Shown here: positions 9,794 through 19,961 of the stretch, in pieces | How the letters are laid out: every line of letters starts with the position of its first letter | Numbering within the stretch: position 1 is the stretch's first letter | NCBI GenBank assembly: GCA_963790475.1 | Contig: CAWBOS010000012.1 | Location: 288,001 to 352,000 of the forward strand | Reading direction: 5' to 3' | Length of the DNA: 64,000 nt | Source of the DNA: an uncultured delta proteobacterium | Lineage (GTDB): Bacteria; Desulfobacterota; RBG-13-43-22 | The notes under the pieces: model-generated | Database searches by the model: none | What the model saw: the letters and a program-made list of their open reading frames with translations, nothing else | Told to the model about the DNA's origin: nothing | Position numbers and translations under genes: made by a program

Positions 9794-12406
9794 TCAACCG
9801 GCCGCCAATCTTTTCGCAAAATATTCAGGCATCGGCCCCGCCCAGTCATATTCAAGATCGCCGATCACCTTTTTTTTCTCCAGATCGGCTATTTCTTTGT
9901 CTGTCAGGCCAATCACTTCACGATAAACATAATCATTGTCTTCTCCCAACATGCAGGGCGGATGGGTGACTTTAAGAGGGGTCTTTGGAAAATCGAAAGG
10001 GAAAGCCGCATAACGGTAGGTTCCGATATCAACCCCGGTTATGGTCCGAAAGAAGTTTCTATAATTGAGCTGCGGGTCCATATGGGAGTCTCTGTAGTCT
10101 TCGACCGGTCCGGCGGGCACACCATGGTCTTGCAGCACGTAAAACAATTCAAAGTTGTCCCGTTTTTGGGTGAAGGCTTCAATATGTTCGTCGAATTCAT
10201 CATGATGTTTACGCCGGTTTTCCTGATTGCTGAATTTCGGGTCCTTAGTCCAGTCGGGATTTCCCATGACCCGGCACAGGCCCTCCCATTCCTCATCATT
10301 GGTAATGGTGATATTGATCCACCTTTCACCCCCGTTCATGGCCGTCTCCTCGGTCGGTTCAGGACCCCGGCAGGGGTAACAGCCCTGGACGGCTGTGGGA
10401 TGGCGGTTTCCCATAGTTTTTTGGTCTCTCCCGTTCCAGGCGGCATCCAAATATATTTCCGCGAAATGGTGCGCCATGGCCTGCATCTGGGCGAAATCGA
10501 TCCACTGGCCCTTTCCTGTTTTTAGACGCTGAACCAGGGCCATAATGGCCCCGAAAACAGCCATGGGTGGGGAAGCCGAATCCATGGGATAGCGAAAGGT
10601 ATTATGAAAGGGGTGATCATCATCGTCATACCCCCTGATCCAGTCCTCGCCGCTGATGGCCTGGTGCATAGCCCCTATACCGACATAATCCTTATAGGGC
10701 CCGCTCCGGCCCCAGGCCGGCATGTTAATGCAGATGAGGCGGGGATTGATCGACAACAATACCTCATGGCCCAGCCCCAGGTTTTCCATGACTGTGGCTC
10801 CGTTATTTTCAACAAAGATATCGCTGGCCTGGATCAGCCTTTTAAAAACCTCCTTGCCTTCAGGTTGATCGATATCGATGCAGCAACTGAGCCGGTTCCA
10901 CAAGGCCCGGGTATAAAAGACCTGCCGGTTCCAGGGCCTGGCCCCGGGGTTACCTTCCGGGAAATACATCCCGGCATCCGGTCGATTGAGCTGAGATTCA
11001 GGGGTCCACATCACAAAGCCGCGGCCATAGTCCGGCTGATGGTGGGGGTTATCGACGTGAATCACCTCAGCACCAAGGGCGCCCAAAAGCCAGGCAGCCG
11101 ATGGACCGGCCCAAATGACCCCCATGTCCACGACCCGGATTCCCTCCAGAGGCAGGGATGGCTTGGCTGATTTCTCAATGCCCGGTATAAGGGGTTCATT
11201 AGGACCAGCGATTGATTGAGCGCGGTTTTTCCCGAGCTGGCTCAGGATTTCCTGATTATGCTGGCCAAGAAGGGGCGCCGGCCTTCTGACGCGCCAGGGG
11301 CTCGATTCGGCGTGAAGCGGATCACCCGGATAGATCTGTTTTCCTGTCACCGGATGATCGACTTTCACCCAAAATCCCCGCGCCTTCATCTGCGGATCAT
11401 TGATGAAATCCTTGGGTGTATTGATGGCCGTGACCCAATATTTCACCGACTGACACCTTTCCATAATCTCCTGCTTGGTCCGTTCAGCGCACCATTCATA
11501 CCAGGCCGCGTCTACTTCGGGCTTATTGTTTTCCACATCGAGGACATCCTCCGGATACTTGAATTCTTCGAATTGGGGGAACAGTTTCAAAAACCGTTCC
11601 CAGTGGGTTAAACCACCGTAGGCGCGGATATACCCATCCAGACAGGGATAAACACCGGTCGGATGGATGGCTGTGGCGAATTCCCTGGGATCGATCCGGC
11701 CCAAACCGATGGTTGTTAAAGCCATCCCGGAATAGGCAAAGGAGACCAAATTGGTCATTTTATGGTTGGTATCCGCCGCTAAAACCTGCTGCATGGAGAT
11801 GTCGAGATGCTGTCCCAGACCGTTGTTCAATTGGAACCAGTAAGCGGCTATGGTGGCTACGGCCGACATATGACCCACCAGGTACTGCAGGCAGTTGCCC
11901 CCCAGTTTAAGCGGGTACCGCCCCGGCAGACCGCAGGAGTACATGTCCGCCCCGAGACCGCTCAAGACAAGTTCCGATGCCTTGAAATCCCTGTAAGGAC
12001 CTGCCTGTCCGAAATTGGAGATACTGGTCATAATCAGATTCGGATTTATGGTCTTGAGGACTTCATAGTCAAGGCCCAGCCTTTTCATGACTCCCGGGCT
12101 GAAGCTTTCCACCAGGATATCCGTATCCTTAACCAGGTCTTTAGCGGCTTCCTGTCCGGAGGGGGATTTGAGATCCAGGACAAGACTTCGTTTGTTGAGA
12201 TTCAGATTGGAGAAGAGCAGACTTGTTTCCGGATCCGGGTCATCAAGCAGGAACGGTCCCAAGCTTCTGGATGGATCCCCGTCTATGGGTCTTTCTATCT
12301 TGATGACCTCGGCGCCGAAATCGGCCAAGAGCTTGGTGCAAAAGGGCCCGGCAATATGCCAGGTCAGGTCCAGTACTTTAATATCAGACAGAGTCTGGTC
12401 AGTCAT
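9794..12406 (-). CDS. Fused tandem class III (CaiB/BaiF) CoA-transferase, two domains
   Basis: Two N-terminal signatures in one 870-aa ORF: LSDIKVLDLT..IAGP and LEGIRVVDMG..WAGP; AGGAGG RBS. Confidence 0.9.
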   Translation of the reverse strand: MTDQTLSDIKVLDLTWHIAGPFCTKLLADFGAEVIKIERPIDGDPSRSLGPFLLDDPDPETSLLFSNLNLNKRSLVLDLKSPSGQEAAKDLVKDTDILVESFSPGVMKRLGLDYEVLKTINPNLIMTSISNFGQAGPYRDFKASELVLSGLGADMYSCGLPGRYPLKLGGNCLQYLVGHMSAVATIAAYWFQLNNGLGQHLDISMQQVLAADTNHKMTNLVSFAYSGMALTTIGLGRIDPREFATAIHPTGVYPCLDGYIRAYGGLTHWERFLKLFPQFEEFKYPEDVLDVENNKPEVDAAWYEWCAERTKQEIMERCQSVKYWVTAINTPKDFINDPQMKARGFWVKVDHPVTGKQIYPGDPLHAESSPWRVRRPAPLLGQHNQEILSQLGKNRAQSIAGPNEPLIPGIEKSAKPSLPLEGIRVVDMGVIWAGPSAAWLLGALGAEVIHVDNPHHQPDYGRGFVMWTPESQLNRPDAGMYFPEGNPGARPWNRQVFYTRALWNRLSCCIDIDQPEGKEVFKRLIQASDIFVENNGATVMENLGLGHEVLLSINPRLICINMPAWGRSGPYKDYVGIGAMHQAISGEDWIRGYDDDDHPFHNTFRYPMDSASPPMAVFGAIMALVQRLKTGKGQWIDFAQMQAMAHHFAEIYLDAAWNGRDQKTMGNRHPTAVQGCYPCRGPEPTEETAMNGGERWINITITNDEEWEGLCRVMGNPDWTKDPKFSNQENRRKHHDEFDEHIEAFTQKRDNFELFYVLQDHGVPAGPVEDYRDSHMDPQLNYRNFFRTITGVDIGTYRYAAFPFDFPKTPLKVTHPPCMLGEDNDYVYREVIGLTDKEIADLEKKKVIGDLEYDWAGPMPEYFAKRLAAG

Positions 12407-13017
12407 ATCTTCCTCCTAATATCAAGATAAAAAAAACAAAATCGCATTTTGTCTCTTCACCAAGAGAAAGGTCAGAGGCCGGGGTAATAAAACAGATTCT
12501 CTTTTTATTACCAAAATAAACGATCAAAAAGACCTGAGCAGTACTATCGGCAGCCAAAGGGCGATCCGGGAAAAAAAATAAACAGACCCATTCTCGCCAA
12601 TTCAACCAGAGTGTAGGGGATAACCGCGCGGTGGATGTCCGCTACGGAAATCCCGGGCGGTACAATTTTTTTGAGAGGGAAGAGATTAATACCAAAAGGC
12701 GAAGTCATGTACCCGATCTCCATTTTTTGGTAAGACCTCGTATTTTGTTATAAAGAGTATAGGGCAGAGAAAAAACAGGGTCAAGAAGAAAAAAAGGTGG
12801 AAAATGTAAAAGGGGACCTTGGCCCAAAAACAATTTACCAAAATAGGAACCGCTCCCAAATAGAAATTCTGGGACCCTTTCGGACTTGCGGTTGAGCCGG
12901 TGCAGAGGGTCTATGGCCAGGAGATCGTTCTTACTTGACATACAGGGGAAGACTCCTCTAAACTCCCATCCCAGACAGGAAATTCTTATTCTTTTATTGG
13001 TAAAGGGAGGTAAAAGG

Positions 13018-13812
13018 ATGGAAGGGAAGGAGACAATTCTGGATAAGGAAGGCCGCATTGCGGTGCTGACCCTGAATCGACCGGAGAAGTTGAACGCGAT
13101 CAATGACGAGATTAGAAAATCGTTAATCTCGACCTTTCAAGAGGTTGAAGACGATGATAACTTAAGGGTCCTTATTATCACGGGCGCGGGACGCGGCTTT
13201 TGTTCCGGGGCGGATGTGGCTGTTCAGGCCGCCCGTGCCTCCGGGCAGCAGATGGAAACCGGACGTAGTGCGCTCTTAAGCCTGGTCGGCGACTTTACAC
13301 TGGCTTTTGGAAAAATAAACAAACCGATTATTGCAGCAATCAACGGGGTCGTCGCCGGGGTCGGATTAACCCTGACCTTATGTTGCGATATCCGCCTGGC
13401 ATCAGAAAGCGCTCGCTTTTCAGCCATCTGGGTTAAGCGCGGATTGATTCCGGATGGCGGGGCGACCTTCTTATTGCCCCTGGTTGTCGGTATGGATAAG
13501 GCCATGGAGATGTCGTATACCGGAGATATTATCGATGCCAGAGAAGCGGAAAGAATTAATCTGGTGACCCGAGTGGTTCCTGACGAAGAGCTGATGACTC
13601 GGGCAAAATCCTTGGCTGAGCGAATTGCCGGAATGCCGCCCGTTACGATCGGCATGATAAAAAAAGTTATGTGGGAGGAAGTCCGCCAAAAGATGCGGCA
13701 AACTCTATTCCTCGAAAGCTACGGACAAAATCTTGTACGCGGCACCGCCGACCAGAAGGAAGCGGTGAAAGCGTTTATGGAAAAAAGAGAGCCGGTGTTT
13801 AGGGGGTGTTAA
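13018..13812 (+). CDS. Enoyl-CoA hydratase/isomerase (crotonase family)
   Basis: LNRPEKLNA, FCSGADV, IAAINGVVAG motifs; ATG at 13018 with GGAGG RBS. Confidence 0.9.
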   Translation: MEGKETILDKEGRIAVLTLNRPEKLNAINDEIRKSLISTFQEVEDDDNLRVLIITGAGRGFCSGADVAVQAARASGQQMETGRSALLSLVGDFTLAFGKINKPIIAAINGVVAGVGLTLTLCCDIRLASESARFSAIWVKRGLIPDGGATFLLPLVVGMDKAMEMSYTGDIIDAREAERINLVTRVVPDEELMTRAKSLAERIAGMPPVTIGMIKKVMWEEVRQKMRQTLFLESYGQNLVRGTADQKEAVKAFMEKREPVFRGC

Positions 13813-13875
13813 GCAAGAGGGCCCTCCGGTGGGGCAAGTGGAAGAGGGACGCTCCTCCCTCTCCTTAATAACCGA

Positions 13876-14307
13876 TTAATCTTTTTCCTTGGCCATCAGC
13901 AGCTTCATTTCCATAAAAGCAACAGCCTCATCTTTCTGATTTTTTACGGTTGTCTTCAAGGTGACGATCCCCTCTTTTTCGTTTCGATCCACCTTTTCTT
14001 CAACTTCCATTTCAACCCTGAGTGTGTCTCCGATTTTAGTCGGAGCCATGAACCGGACCCGGTCCATCCCGTAAAAGGCCAAAATAGCCATGTCCGCCAG
14101 CCCCATGAGCCCCGTGGCTACCGAAAGGACCAGGAACCCATGGGCAATCCGCTCGCCAAAAAAGCCTTTTTTGGCGTACTCCTCATCGACATGCAAGGGG
14201 TGCCAGTCCCCGCTGAAGGCCGCGAACATCACAATGTCGGCTTCGGTCACGGTCCGTGATCGGGTCAGGATCTTCTCCCCCAACTGGAAATCGTCATAGT
14301 ATCTCAT
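13876..14307 (-). CDS. MaoC/PaaZ-type hot-dog fold (R)-specific hydratase/dehydratase
   Basis: RTVTEADIVMFAAFSGDWHPLHVD and IAHG motifs. Confidence 0.9.
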   Translation of the reverse strand: MRYYDDFQLGEKILTRSRTVTEADIVMFAAFSGDWHPLHVDEEYAKKGFFGERIAHGFLVLSVATGLMGLADMAILAFYGMDRVRFMAPTKIGDTLRVEMEVEEKVDRNEKEGIVTLKTTVKNQKDEAVAFMEMKLLMAKEKD

Positions 14308-14479
14308 TAGTTCCCTCCCAAGTTCCTTTAGTTCGAAAATGGGGTTCGAGGGTTCCAGGATTCACGGGTTTTTGATTCCACGCCTTTCACTCCGCCCGGC
14401 GGCCCTCGACCCCTCGGCCCCTTGAACCCTTTTTCATGTTTCGTAGTGCCGCATCGGGCGGGGTTCGGAGTAACTTTTT

Positions 14480-15289
14480 CTATCTTCTATGATATTCTCG
14501 CGGTAATTTTCGTGGAGGGACCCCTTTATATTCGCCTTCAACCGCCCGAAGACGTGCCTGCTCTTTGATCTCTTCCACCGCATGGGCGATTATTCCAGGC
14601 ATATAGGAAAGGGCCGCAATACCGGCCATCTCCTTGGAGTCGAATCCCATCTCGGTGAGTACACAGCCCATCATGCCATCTATATTAATGGGAAGCGTCT
14701 TGCCGGTTTTTTGTACGAAAATTCTGTGGATCTCCTTATAGAGTTCGGATTTTTCACCCCATACCCCATTCTTCCTGGCCACTTCCTCCAAGGCTATGGC
14801 CCTCGGGTCGCCCGTCGGGTGAAGGGGATGACCCAATCCCGGTATCCGGTTTTTTTTGATTCGGGCATCCTCAACGACCCTTTCAGCCGTCTCTTCCCTT
14901 GAGAGGCCATTTTCTTCTTTGAGCTTCCAGGCCTCCAGTATCAGTTCGGCCGTATCCTGGGGAGAGACGGTCACTGACCCCACCGTAAGGATACCTCCGG
15001 CCACTCCGGGTATAATGTTATCCGGATTGGCCGAAGCCACAATCCTCGCTGCAATACCGGTGGGGGCAAAGAACCCGTGGTCTACAATGCCGCATAAGAC
15101 CGCATCAAAAACCCGGGCATGATTCTTGGAAGGCAATTCTCCTCGAATGGTCAGATAAATCGCCTCGGAAAAGGTCAAATGTTTAATGATCTCTTCCAAG
15201 GCATATCCCCGGATTTCGATTTTATGGAACCCCACTGAACTTATCTCTGTGCTCCAGCCCGGTATCGGAACCGATTTTGTCTGATCCAT
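14480..15289 (-). CDS. Citryl-CoA lyase / citrate-synthase-fold protein
   Basis: IRGY, DHG, IPGLGHP, DPR and LPINIDG citrate-synthase-fold motifs in a short 269-aa protein. Confidence 0.8.
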   Translation of the reverse strand: MDQTKSVPIPGWSTEISSVGFHKIEIRGYALEEIIKHLTFSEAIYLTIRGELPSKNHARVFDAVLCGIVDHGFFAPTGIAARIVASANPDNIIPGVAGGILTVGSVTVSPQDTAELILEAWKLKEENGLSREETAERVVEDARIKKNRIPGLGHPLHPTGDPRAIALEEVARKNGVWGEKSELYKEIHRIFVQKTGKTLPINIDGMMGCVLTEMGFDSKEMAGIAALSYMPGIIAHAVEEIKEQARLRAVEGEYKGVPPRKLPREYHRR

Positions 15290-15316
15290 TTTTTCTCCCC
15301 TTTTATTTGTATCGGT

Positions 15317-16105
15317 TTAGCGGCCCTGGTACTTCGGCGGGCGTTTCTCCAGGAAGGCCTCTAACCCCTCCCGGGCATCATCGCTGGTCATCACCCGCAC
15401 CAGGAGTTCACCCATCTCCACTGAAAAGCGGTCTGCTTCCGGGAGTGATGCCTTCCGGACTCCCTCCTTCAAAGCGCGCATGGCCAGAGGGGCATTGGCC
15501 GCCAGTTCCTCGGCCAAGGCCATGGTTTCCACCTCCAGATGGGCCGGGGGAAGGGCTTGGTTGACCAGGCCCAATTCCCGGGCACGGGCTGCGTTAAGCG
15601 GCGCCCCCCTGATCAGGATCTCGGCCGCAGCGAACGGTCCGACCACCTGCGCCAGCTTGCGAATGAGCGGAAAGGGGACCATCAATCCGCGCTTGACGAT
15701 CGGCATACCGATCTGGGCGGTATCCGCCATGAGACGGAAATCACAGTGCAAAGCCAGCTCACAGCCGCCGGCCAAGGCATCCCCGTTGATCAGGGCTATC
15801 ACCGGATTGGGATGCACCTCTACCGCCTGCATGGCCGTGTGAATCAGCTCATGGTCAAGCGGGGAAGCAGGACGCCCCTTAACATCCTCTAATATGCTGT
15901 TTAGATCCATGCCGGATGAAAACGACCGTTCGCCCGCACCGCGCAACACCACCACGCGAGTGCCCTGATCATCGGCGAGGCCTTCCAGTGTCTCTTTGAG
16001 AGTACGCAAGAGTTCGTAGGTCAGGGCATTGCGTTTGTGCGGTCGGTTAATGGTCAGGAGGGTAACAAAATTACGGGTCGAAACTTGCAGGTCCTTCTCA
16101 GCCAT
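15317..16105 (-). CDS. Enoyl-CoA hydratase/isomerase (crotonase family)
   Basis: INRPHKRNAL, FSSGMDL, ALAGGCELAL motifs; probable ATG at 16105. Confidence 0.9.
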   Translation of the reverse strand: MAEKDLQVSTRNFVTLLTINRPHKRNALTYELLRTLKETLEGLADDQGTRVVVLRGAGERSFSSGMDLNSILEDVKGRPASPLDHELIHTAMQAVEVHPNPVIALINGDALAGGCELALHCDFRLMADTAQIGMPIVKRGLMVPFPLIRKLAQVVGPFAAAEILIRGAPLNAARARELGLVNQALPPAHLEVETMALAEELAANAPLAMRALKEGVRKASLPEADRFSVEMGELLVRVMTSDDAREGLEAFLEKRPPKYQGR

Positions 16106-16306
16106 AACGGATCCCTTCGCTTCTTTATTCAGGTGAGAAAAGATAACCGGTGACAGATGCAAGGTCAAGGAGTCAATTTAGGAATTTTAGCCTGAATGGA
16201 TAGATAGTGGTACAAATTTTCCTTGACCCAAGAGGAATATATTCTTACACTTTTCTTTTTAAAAGGGAAATATTTTCATCTAACCCTTCATAAAAAGGAG
16301 CTGAAA

Positions 16307-17311
16307 ATGCATCCAGCACTGAAAACGCCGATTTGCGCTTTGTTGAATATAGAAAAACCTGTGGTCCAGGCGGGAATGGGTTTTGTGGCCCGGTCCGAAT
16401 TGGCTGCCGCCGTATCCCGGGCAGGGGGGCTGGGTGTTTTGGGCGCGGCCTTCTTATCTCCGGATGAACTTCGTCAAGAGATCCGAAAGACCAAAGACAT
16501 GACCGATAATCCCTTTGGGGTGGACATACTCTTCGCCACCTACGGCCGGCCTTCGGCTGACCCGAGGGTGGAGGAATTCACCGCTGAGGTCCGAAAGCAG
16601 ATCGATATAACCTTTGAGGAGGCCGTGCCCATAATCGCTTCAGGTCTGGGCAACCCTGCTGCCATCGTTCCCCAGGCCCATGAAATGGGGATAAAGGTCA
16701 TTTCCCTGGTGGGGGATATCAAAAACGCAAAACGAGTGGCCGCCGGAGGGGTTGATGTTATTGTGGCCCAGGGATACGATGCCGGCGGTCATACCGGGAC
16801 GGTAGGTACTTTGAGCTTGGTACCGGCGATAGTAGATTGCGTCGAACAACCGGTACTGGCAGCGGGCGGTATAGCCGACGGACGGGGGTTGATCGCTGCG
16901 CTGGCTATGGGAGCGGTCGGTGTCTGGATGGGAACTCGCTTTGTAGCCAGCAGGGAGGCTTATGCCCATATTAATTACAAGAACTTGATTACCGAGATCG
17001 ACGACCAGGGGACAACGCGCACTCGCTGCTTTACGGGAAAGCCTTGCCGGGTAATCAAAAACAAGACCACGGTCGAATGGGAAGGTCGAGAAGCTGAGAT
17101 CGAGCCTTTTCCTGTGCAGATTAGAAAAATCAGCGAATATATCGGCGAAGACGTCTATAAGGCTTCCCGGCTGTATGGCAAAGTTGACATCGGCACCTGT
17201 GCGGCAGGGCAATCGTCCGTCCTCATCCACGAAATCAAAGGGGCTGGTGAGTTGGTGAATGAAATAATCTCAGAGGCCGAAGAGATTCTATACAGGTTCT
17301 GCAGTCCTTGA
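16307..17311 (+). CDS. FMN-dependent nitronate monooxygenase / FabK-family oxidoreductase
   Basis: PVVQAGMG, AGGLGVLG, QGYDAGGHTG, LAAGGIADGRG, MGTRF motifs; AGGAG RBS before ATG 16307. Confidence 0.9.
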   Translation: MHPALKTPICALLNIEKPVVQAGMGFVARSELAAAVSRAGGLGVLGAAFLSPDELRQEIRKTKDMTDNPFGVDILFATYGRPSADPRVEEFTAEVRKQIDITFEEAVPIIASGLGNPAAIVPQAHEMGIKVISLVGDIKNAKRVAAGGVDVIVAQGYDAGGHTGTVGTLSLVPAIVDCVEQPVLAAGGIADGRGLIAALAMGAVGVWMGTRFVASREAYAHINYKNLITEIDDQGTTRTRCFTGKPCRVIKNKTTVEWEGREAEIEPFPVQIRKISEYIGEDVYKASRLYGKVDIGTCAAGQSSVLIHEIKGAGELVNEIISEAEEILYRFCSP

Positions 17312-17459
17312 AATAAGCATTCTTATCTGCGAAACCGATCGATAATCCCCTTCAAATACCTGCTTAGGCTAGTCCTCTGCTTAATCAGATTCGCCCTGTA
17401 TCGACAGACTTTAAGTTGTCTTGTTTCCCCCTTTGACGACGGTGGGGATGAATTTCTTC

Positions 17460-17510
17460 TTGACAATACTTGCCATGATAAATATTTTACTTATCCGTCA
17501 AGATATACTG
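17460..17510 (+). promoter_or_regulatory. Sigma70 promoter of the TetR gene with an overlapping operator half-site
   Basis: TTGACA 17460-17465, 17-nt spacer, TATTTT; TATTTTACTT (17483-17492) is identical to one arm of the palindrome at 18350-18375. Confidence 0.6.
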
Positions 17511-17535
17511 AAATCTCTGGATACGACAGGGTAAG

Positions 17536-18201
17536 GTGATAACAATGGGAAGGGAACAGATACGGAAGAAAAGAGATCTGGACCGAGATCAGATTACAAA
17601 AATGGCAACAAAAATATTTGCCGAAAAAGGCTATCATGCCGGCACCCTGGACGATGTTGCCCGGAAACTGGATGTGACTAGGGCTTCTCTATATTATCAC
17701 GTTAAGAACAAGGAAGAGCTTCTCAAGGGCATCTGCAATAATTTTATGGGGGTTGCTCTTAAAAATTCCAAAGAAATTTTAAAATCGGACCTTTCAACAA
17801 GAGAGAAGCTGCAAGAGTATATTCGTGGTCAGGTGATTGCTGCGGCTACCCGTAAGGAACTGTGTATCGTTCTATTTGAACAGGCCAATGCCCTTAATAG
17901 CCGAACTTTAAAAAAGCTCAAAAGACAGATGAGAGATTTTGATCAAGTATTAATAGAAATTCTTGAGGAGGGAGTTAAAGAAGGGATTTTTAAAATAAAT
18001 GATACTAGGTTAGCCTCTTTTCTAATTTTAGGTGCCTGTTTTTGGACCTATCACTGGTTTTACTCCGGAGGACGTTTGACTCCCGAGCAAATAGCTGATG
18101 AAGTCATAACGTTATTTGAAAACGGTTACCTATCCCCGTCATCTTCTGACCATCAACCCGTACGTAGACACAAAAATCAAAAGCGTCCGTTTGACCAATA
18201 A
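17536..18201 (+). CDS. TetR/AcrR-family regulator (KstR2-like C-terminal domain)
   Basis: FAEKGYHAGTLDDVARKLDVTRASLYYHVKNKEELL helix-turn-helix; W..HWF...GRLTPEQIA C-terminal motif. Confidence 0.9.
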   Translation: MITMGREQIRKKRDLDRDQITKMATKIFAEKGYHAGTLDDVARKLDVTRASLYYHVKNKEELLKGICNNFMGVALKNSKEILKSDLSTREKLQEYIRGQVIAAATRKELCIVLFEQANALNSRTLKKLKRQMRDFDQVLIEILEEGVKEGIFKINDTRLASFLILGACFWTYHWFYSGGRLTPEQIADEVITLFENGYLSPSSSDHQPVRRHKNQKRPFDQ

Positions 18202-18329
18202 TAACCAGCTTTATAAAAGAATTCCTCTCCGAATCTTCCGTCCCGCCCTGGTCCTGAATAATCGGATATTTCAATATAAAAACATCTAGTTAGAAGTAAT
18301 TCTCTTTTTTCTCTCGGGTCAAATTATTC

Positions 18330-18375
18330 TTGACAACACATCATAAATATATTTTACTTGCTTGTAAGTAAAATA
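18330..18375 (+). promoter_or_regulatory. Promoter with perfect palindromic operator TATTTTACTT-N6-AAGTAAAATA
   Basis: TTGACA 18330-18335; 10-bp inverted repeat at 18350-18359 / 18366-18375 covering the -10 region upstream of the acyl-CoA dehydrogenase operon. Confidence 0.7.
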
Positions 18376-18467
18376 AGTAGGCCATTTTTATTCCCGCTCC
18401 AGAAAAATTAAAGACAAGGGAAAAGAAATAATTGATAGAGGGCGGGAAATTGACGAATTCTTTTGTT

Positions 18468-18545
18468 GGCAACCTTCAGTAAAGGAGTGTCGATGAAATG
18501 ATAAGAGGCCCCATTTCTTAAAAGAGAGGTGGGGTTTTTTTGTTT
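18468..18545 (+). ncRNA. Candidate cis-regulatory leader RNA, copy A (hairpin + ATGAAATGAT + intrinsic terminator)
   Basis: GGCA-A-CCTT/AAGG-AG-TGTC hairpin, then CCCCATTTCT/AGAGGTGGGG stem and T-run; aligns with 35260-35337. Confidence 0.5.
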
Positions 18546-18627
18546 GAGCAAAAAATAGGATACATCGGAAAAGACAGACTACTCTAATTAAAGTGTTTTG
18601 AAAAAAGAAGTACAGAGGAGACCTATT

Positions 18628-19812
18628 ATGGATTTTTCATTCAGCAGGGAAACAGAAGCTCTCCGTGAAGAGATCCGCCAGTTCATCAAGGATTATCCCC
18701 CCGACGAATTCCCCGTGCAGGCCGCCGACGATTTCTGGGGTAACGGCGGGTACTCCTATGAATATACCCGAAAGATGGGAGAGGCGGGATGGCTGAGTCT
18801 CACTTGGCCGGAAGAGTGGGGAGGACGGGGAAGAACCATCCTGGACAAAATGGTGGTAGCCGAAGAACTGGCCTACTGCCGGGCCCCGAGCGCCTTTAAC
18901 CTTATGTTGGACGGGATGTCCAACCATATTATAAGTCATGGGAATGATCATTTGAGAAAAGAGATTTTACCTAAAATCGCTAAGGGCAGCATTGTTTTTT
19001 GGCTGGCGCTCAGCGAACCCAACGCCGGTTCCGACCTTTTGGCCCTTCAAACCAAGGCTGAAGACCGAGGCGATGTTTTTGTCGTCAACGGCCAAAAAAT
19101 ATGGAGCGCCAGAGCCCACCTGGCGGATTACGGATACTTGATAACCAGAACAGATCCGAATGTCCCGCGGCATAGAGGCCTGAGTATGTTTATCGTCGAT
19201 CGTAAACTTCCCGGGATTACCATTGAACCGATTATCAACCTGGTCGGGGAAAATTATCATAATCATGTCTATTTCGACAATGTCGAAATCCCCAAGGAAT
19301 TTTTGCTGGGTAAAAAAAATGAAGGATTTTATCAAATGCTCAAGGGTTTGGAGATGGATAGATTCTGGGCCAGATATCAGAAACCCGCTATTTGCAAAAG
19401 GGTTTTGGATGAGTTGATCGATTACTGTAAAAACAATTCCAGGAACGGCAAACCCCTTTATCAGAACACGGTTATCAGGCAAAAGATGGCCCAAACAGCG
19501 ACTGAAATCGAGACCTGCCGGCTGGCCTTTTACCGTATAGCCTGGATGCTGGATCAAAAAGTTCCCATCAGGCATGAAACGGCACTGGGAAAAACCTTTG
19601 CCGATGAGATGGGTCAACGGTTAATGGATCTGGCCATGGAGATACTCGGACTGGATTGCCAGCTTGAAGAGGGTTCAAAATCAGCGCCTTTTAAGGGGCT
19701 CTTCGAAAGATGGTATCTGATCTGCCGGGGACATACCATAGCCGGCGGAACAACCGAAGTCCTGAAAGATACCATTGCTCGAATGGGTTTGGGTCTTACT
19801 AAAAAAGGATAA
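18628..19812 (+). CDS. Acyl-CoA dehydrogenase, catalytic-type subunit of a probable heteromeric pair
   Basis: LSEPNAGSDL, VNGQKIWS, TIAGGTTEV motifs. Confidence 0.9.
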   Translation: MDFSFSRETEALREEIRQFIKDYPPDEFPVQAADDFWGNGGYSYEYTRKMGEAGWLSLTWPEEWGGRGRTILDKMVVAEELAYCRAPSAFNLMLDGMSNHIISHGNDHLRKEILPKIAKGSIVFWLALSEPNAGSDLLALQTKAEDRGDVFVVNGQKIWSARAHLADYGYLITRTDPNVPRHRGLSMFIVDRKLPGITIEPIINLVGENYHNHVYFDNVEIPKEFLLGKKNEGFYQMLKGLEMDRFWARYQKPAICKRVLDELIDYCKNNSRNGKPLYQNTVIRQKMAQTATEIETCRLAFYRIAWMLDQKVPIRHETALGKTFADEMGQRLMDLAMEILGLDCQLEEGSKSAPFKGLFERWYLICRGHTIAGGTTEVLKDTIARMGLGLTKKG

Positions 19813-19818
19813 ACAATG

Positions 19819-19925
19819 CTCATCCGGAAAAGAGTATTTCCGGATGAGAGCTTTCAGCGATTAGCGATCAGCTTTCAGAAGACCCTTAAAAAATCGCTTT
19901 TGCTGACTGCTTAATGCTGACAGCT
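19819..19925. repeat. Intergenic 12-bp hairpin followed by inverted heptamer-type repeats
   Basis: CTCATCCGGAAA-N6-TTTCCGGATGAG (19819-19848), then TCAGC/GCTGA-type ~7-nt repeats. Confidence 0.6.
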
Positions 19926-19961
19926 ATTCGCCCCATCAGGAAACTAAGAGGAGAAGCCATC

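Noticed and set aside
12407-13017. Long divergent intergenic region with hairpins, examined as a possible riboswitch or third copy of the leader motif
   Set aside because: Only a partial GACCCT...AGGGTC stem resembles the motif; the ATGAATGA and terminator parts are missing and no known riboswitch consensus was recognised.
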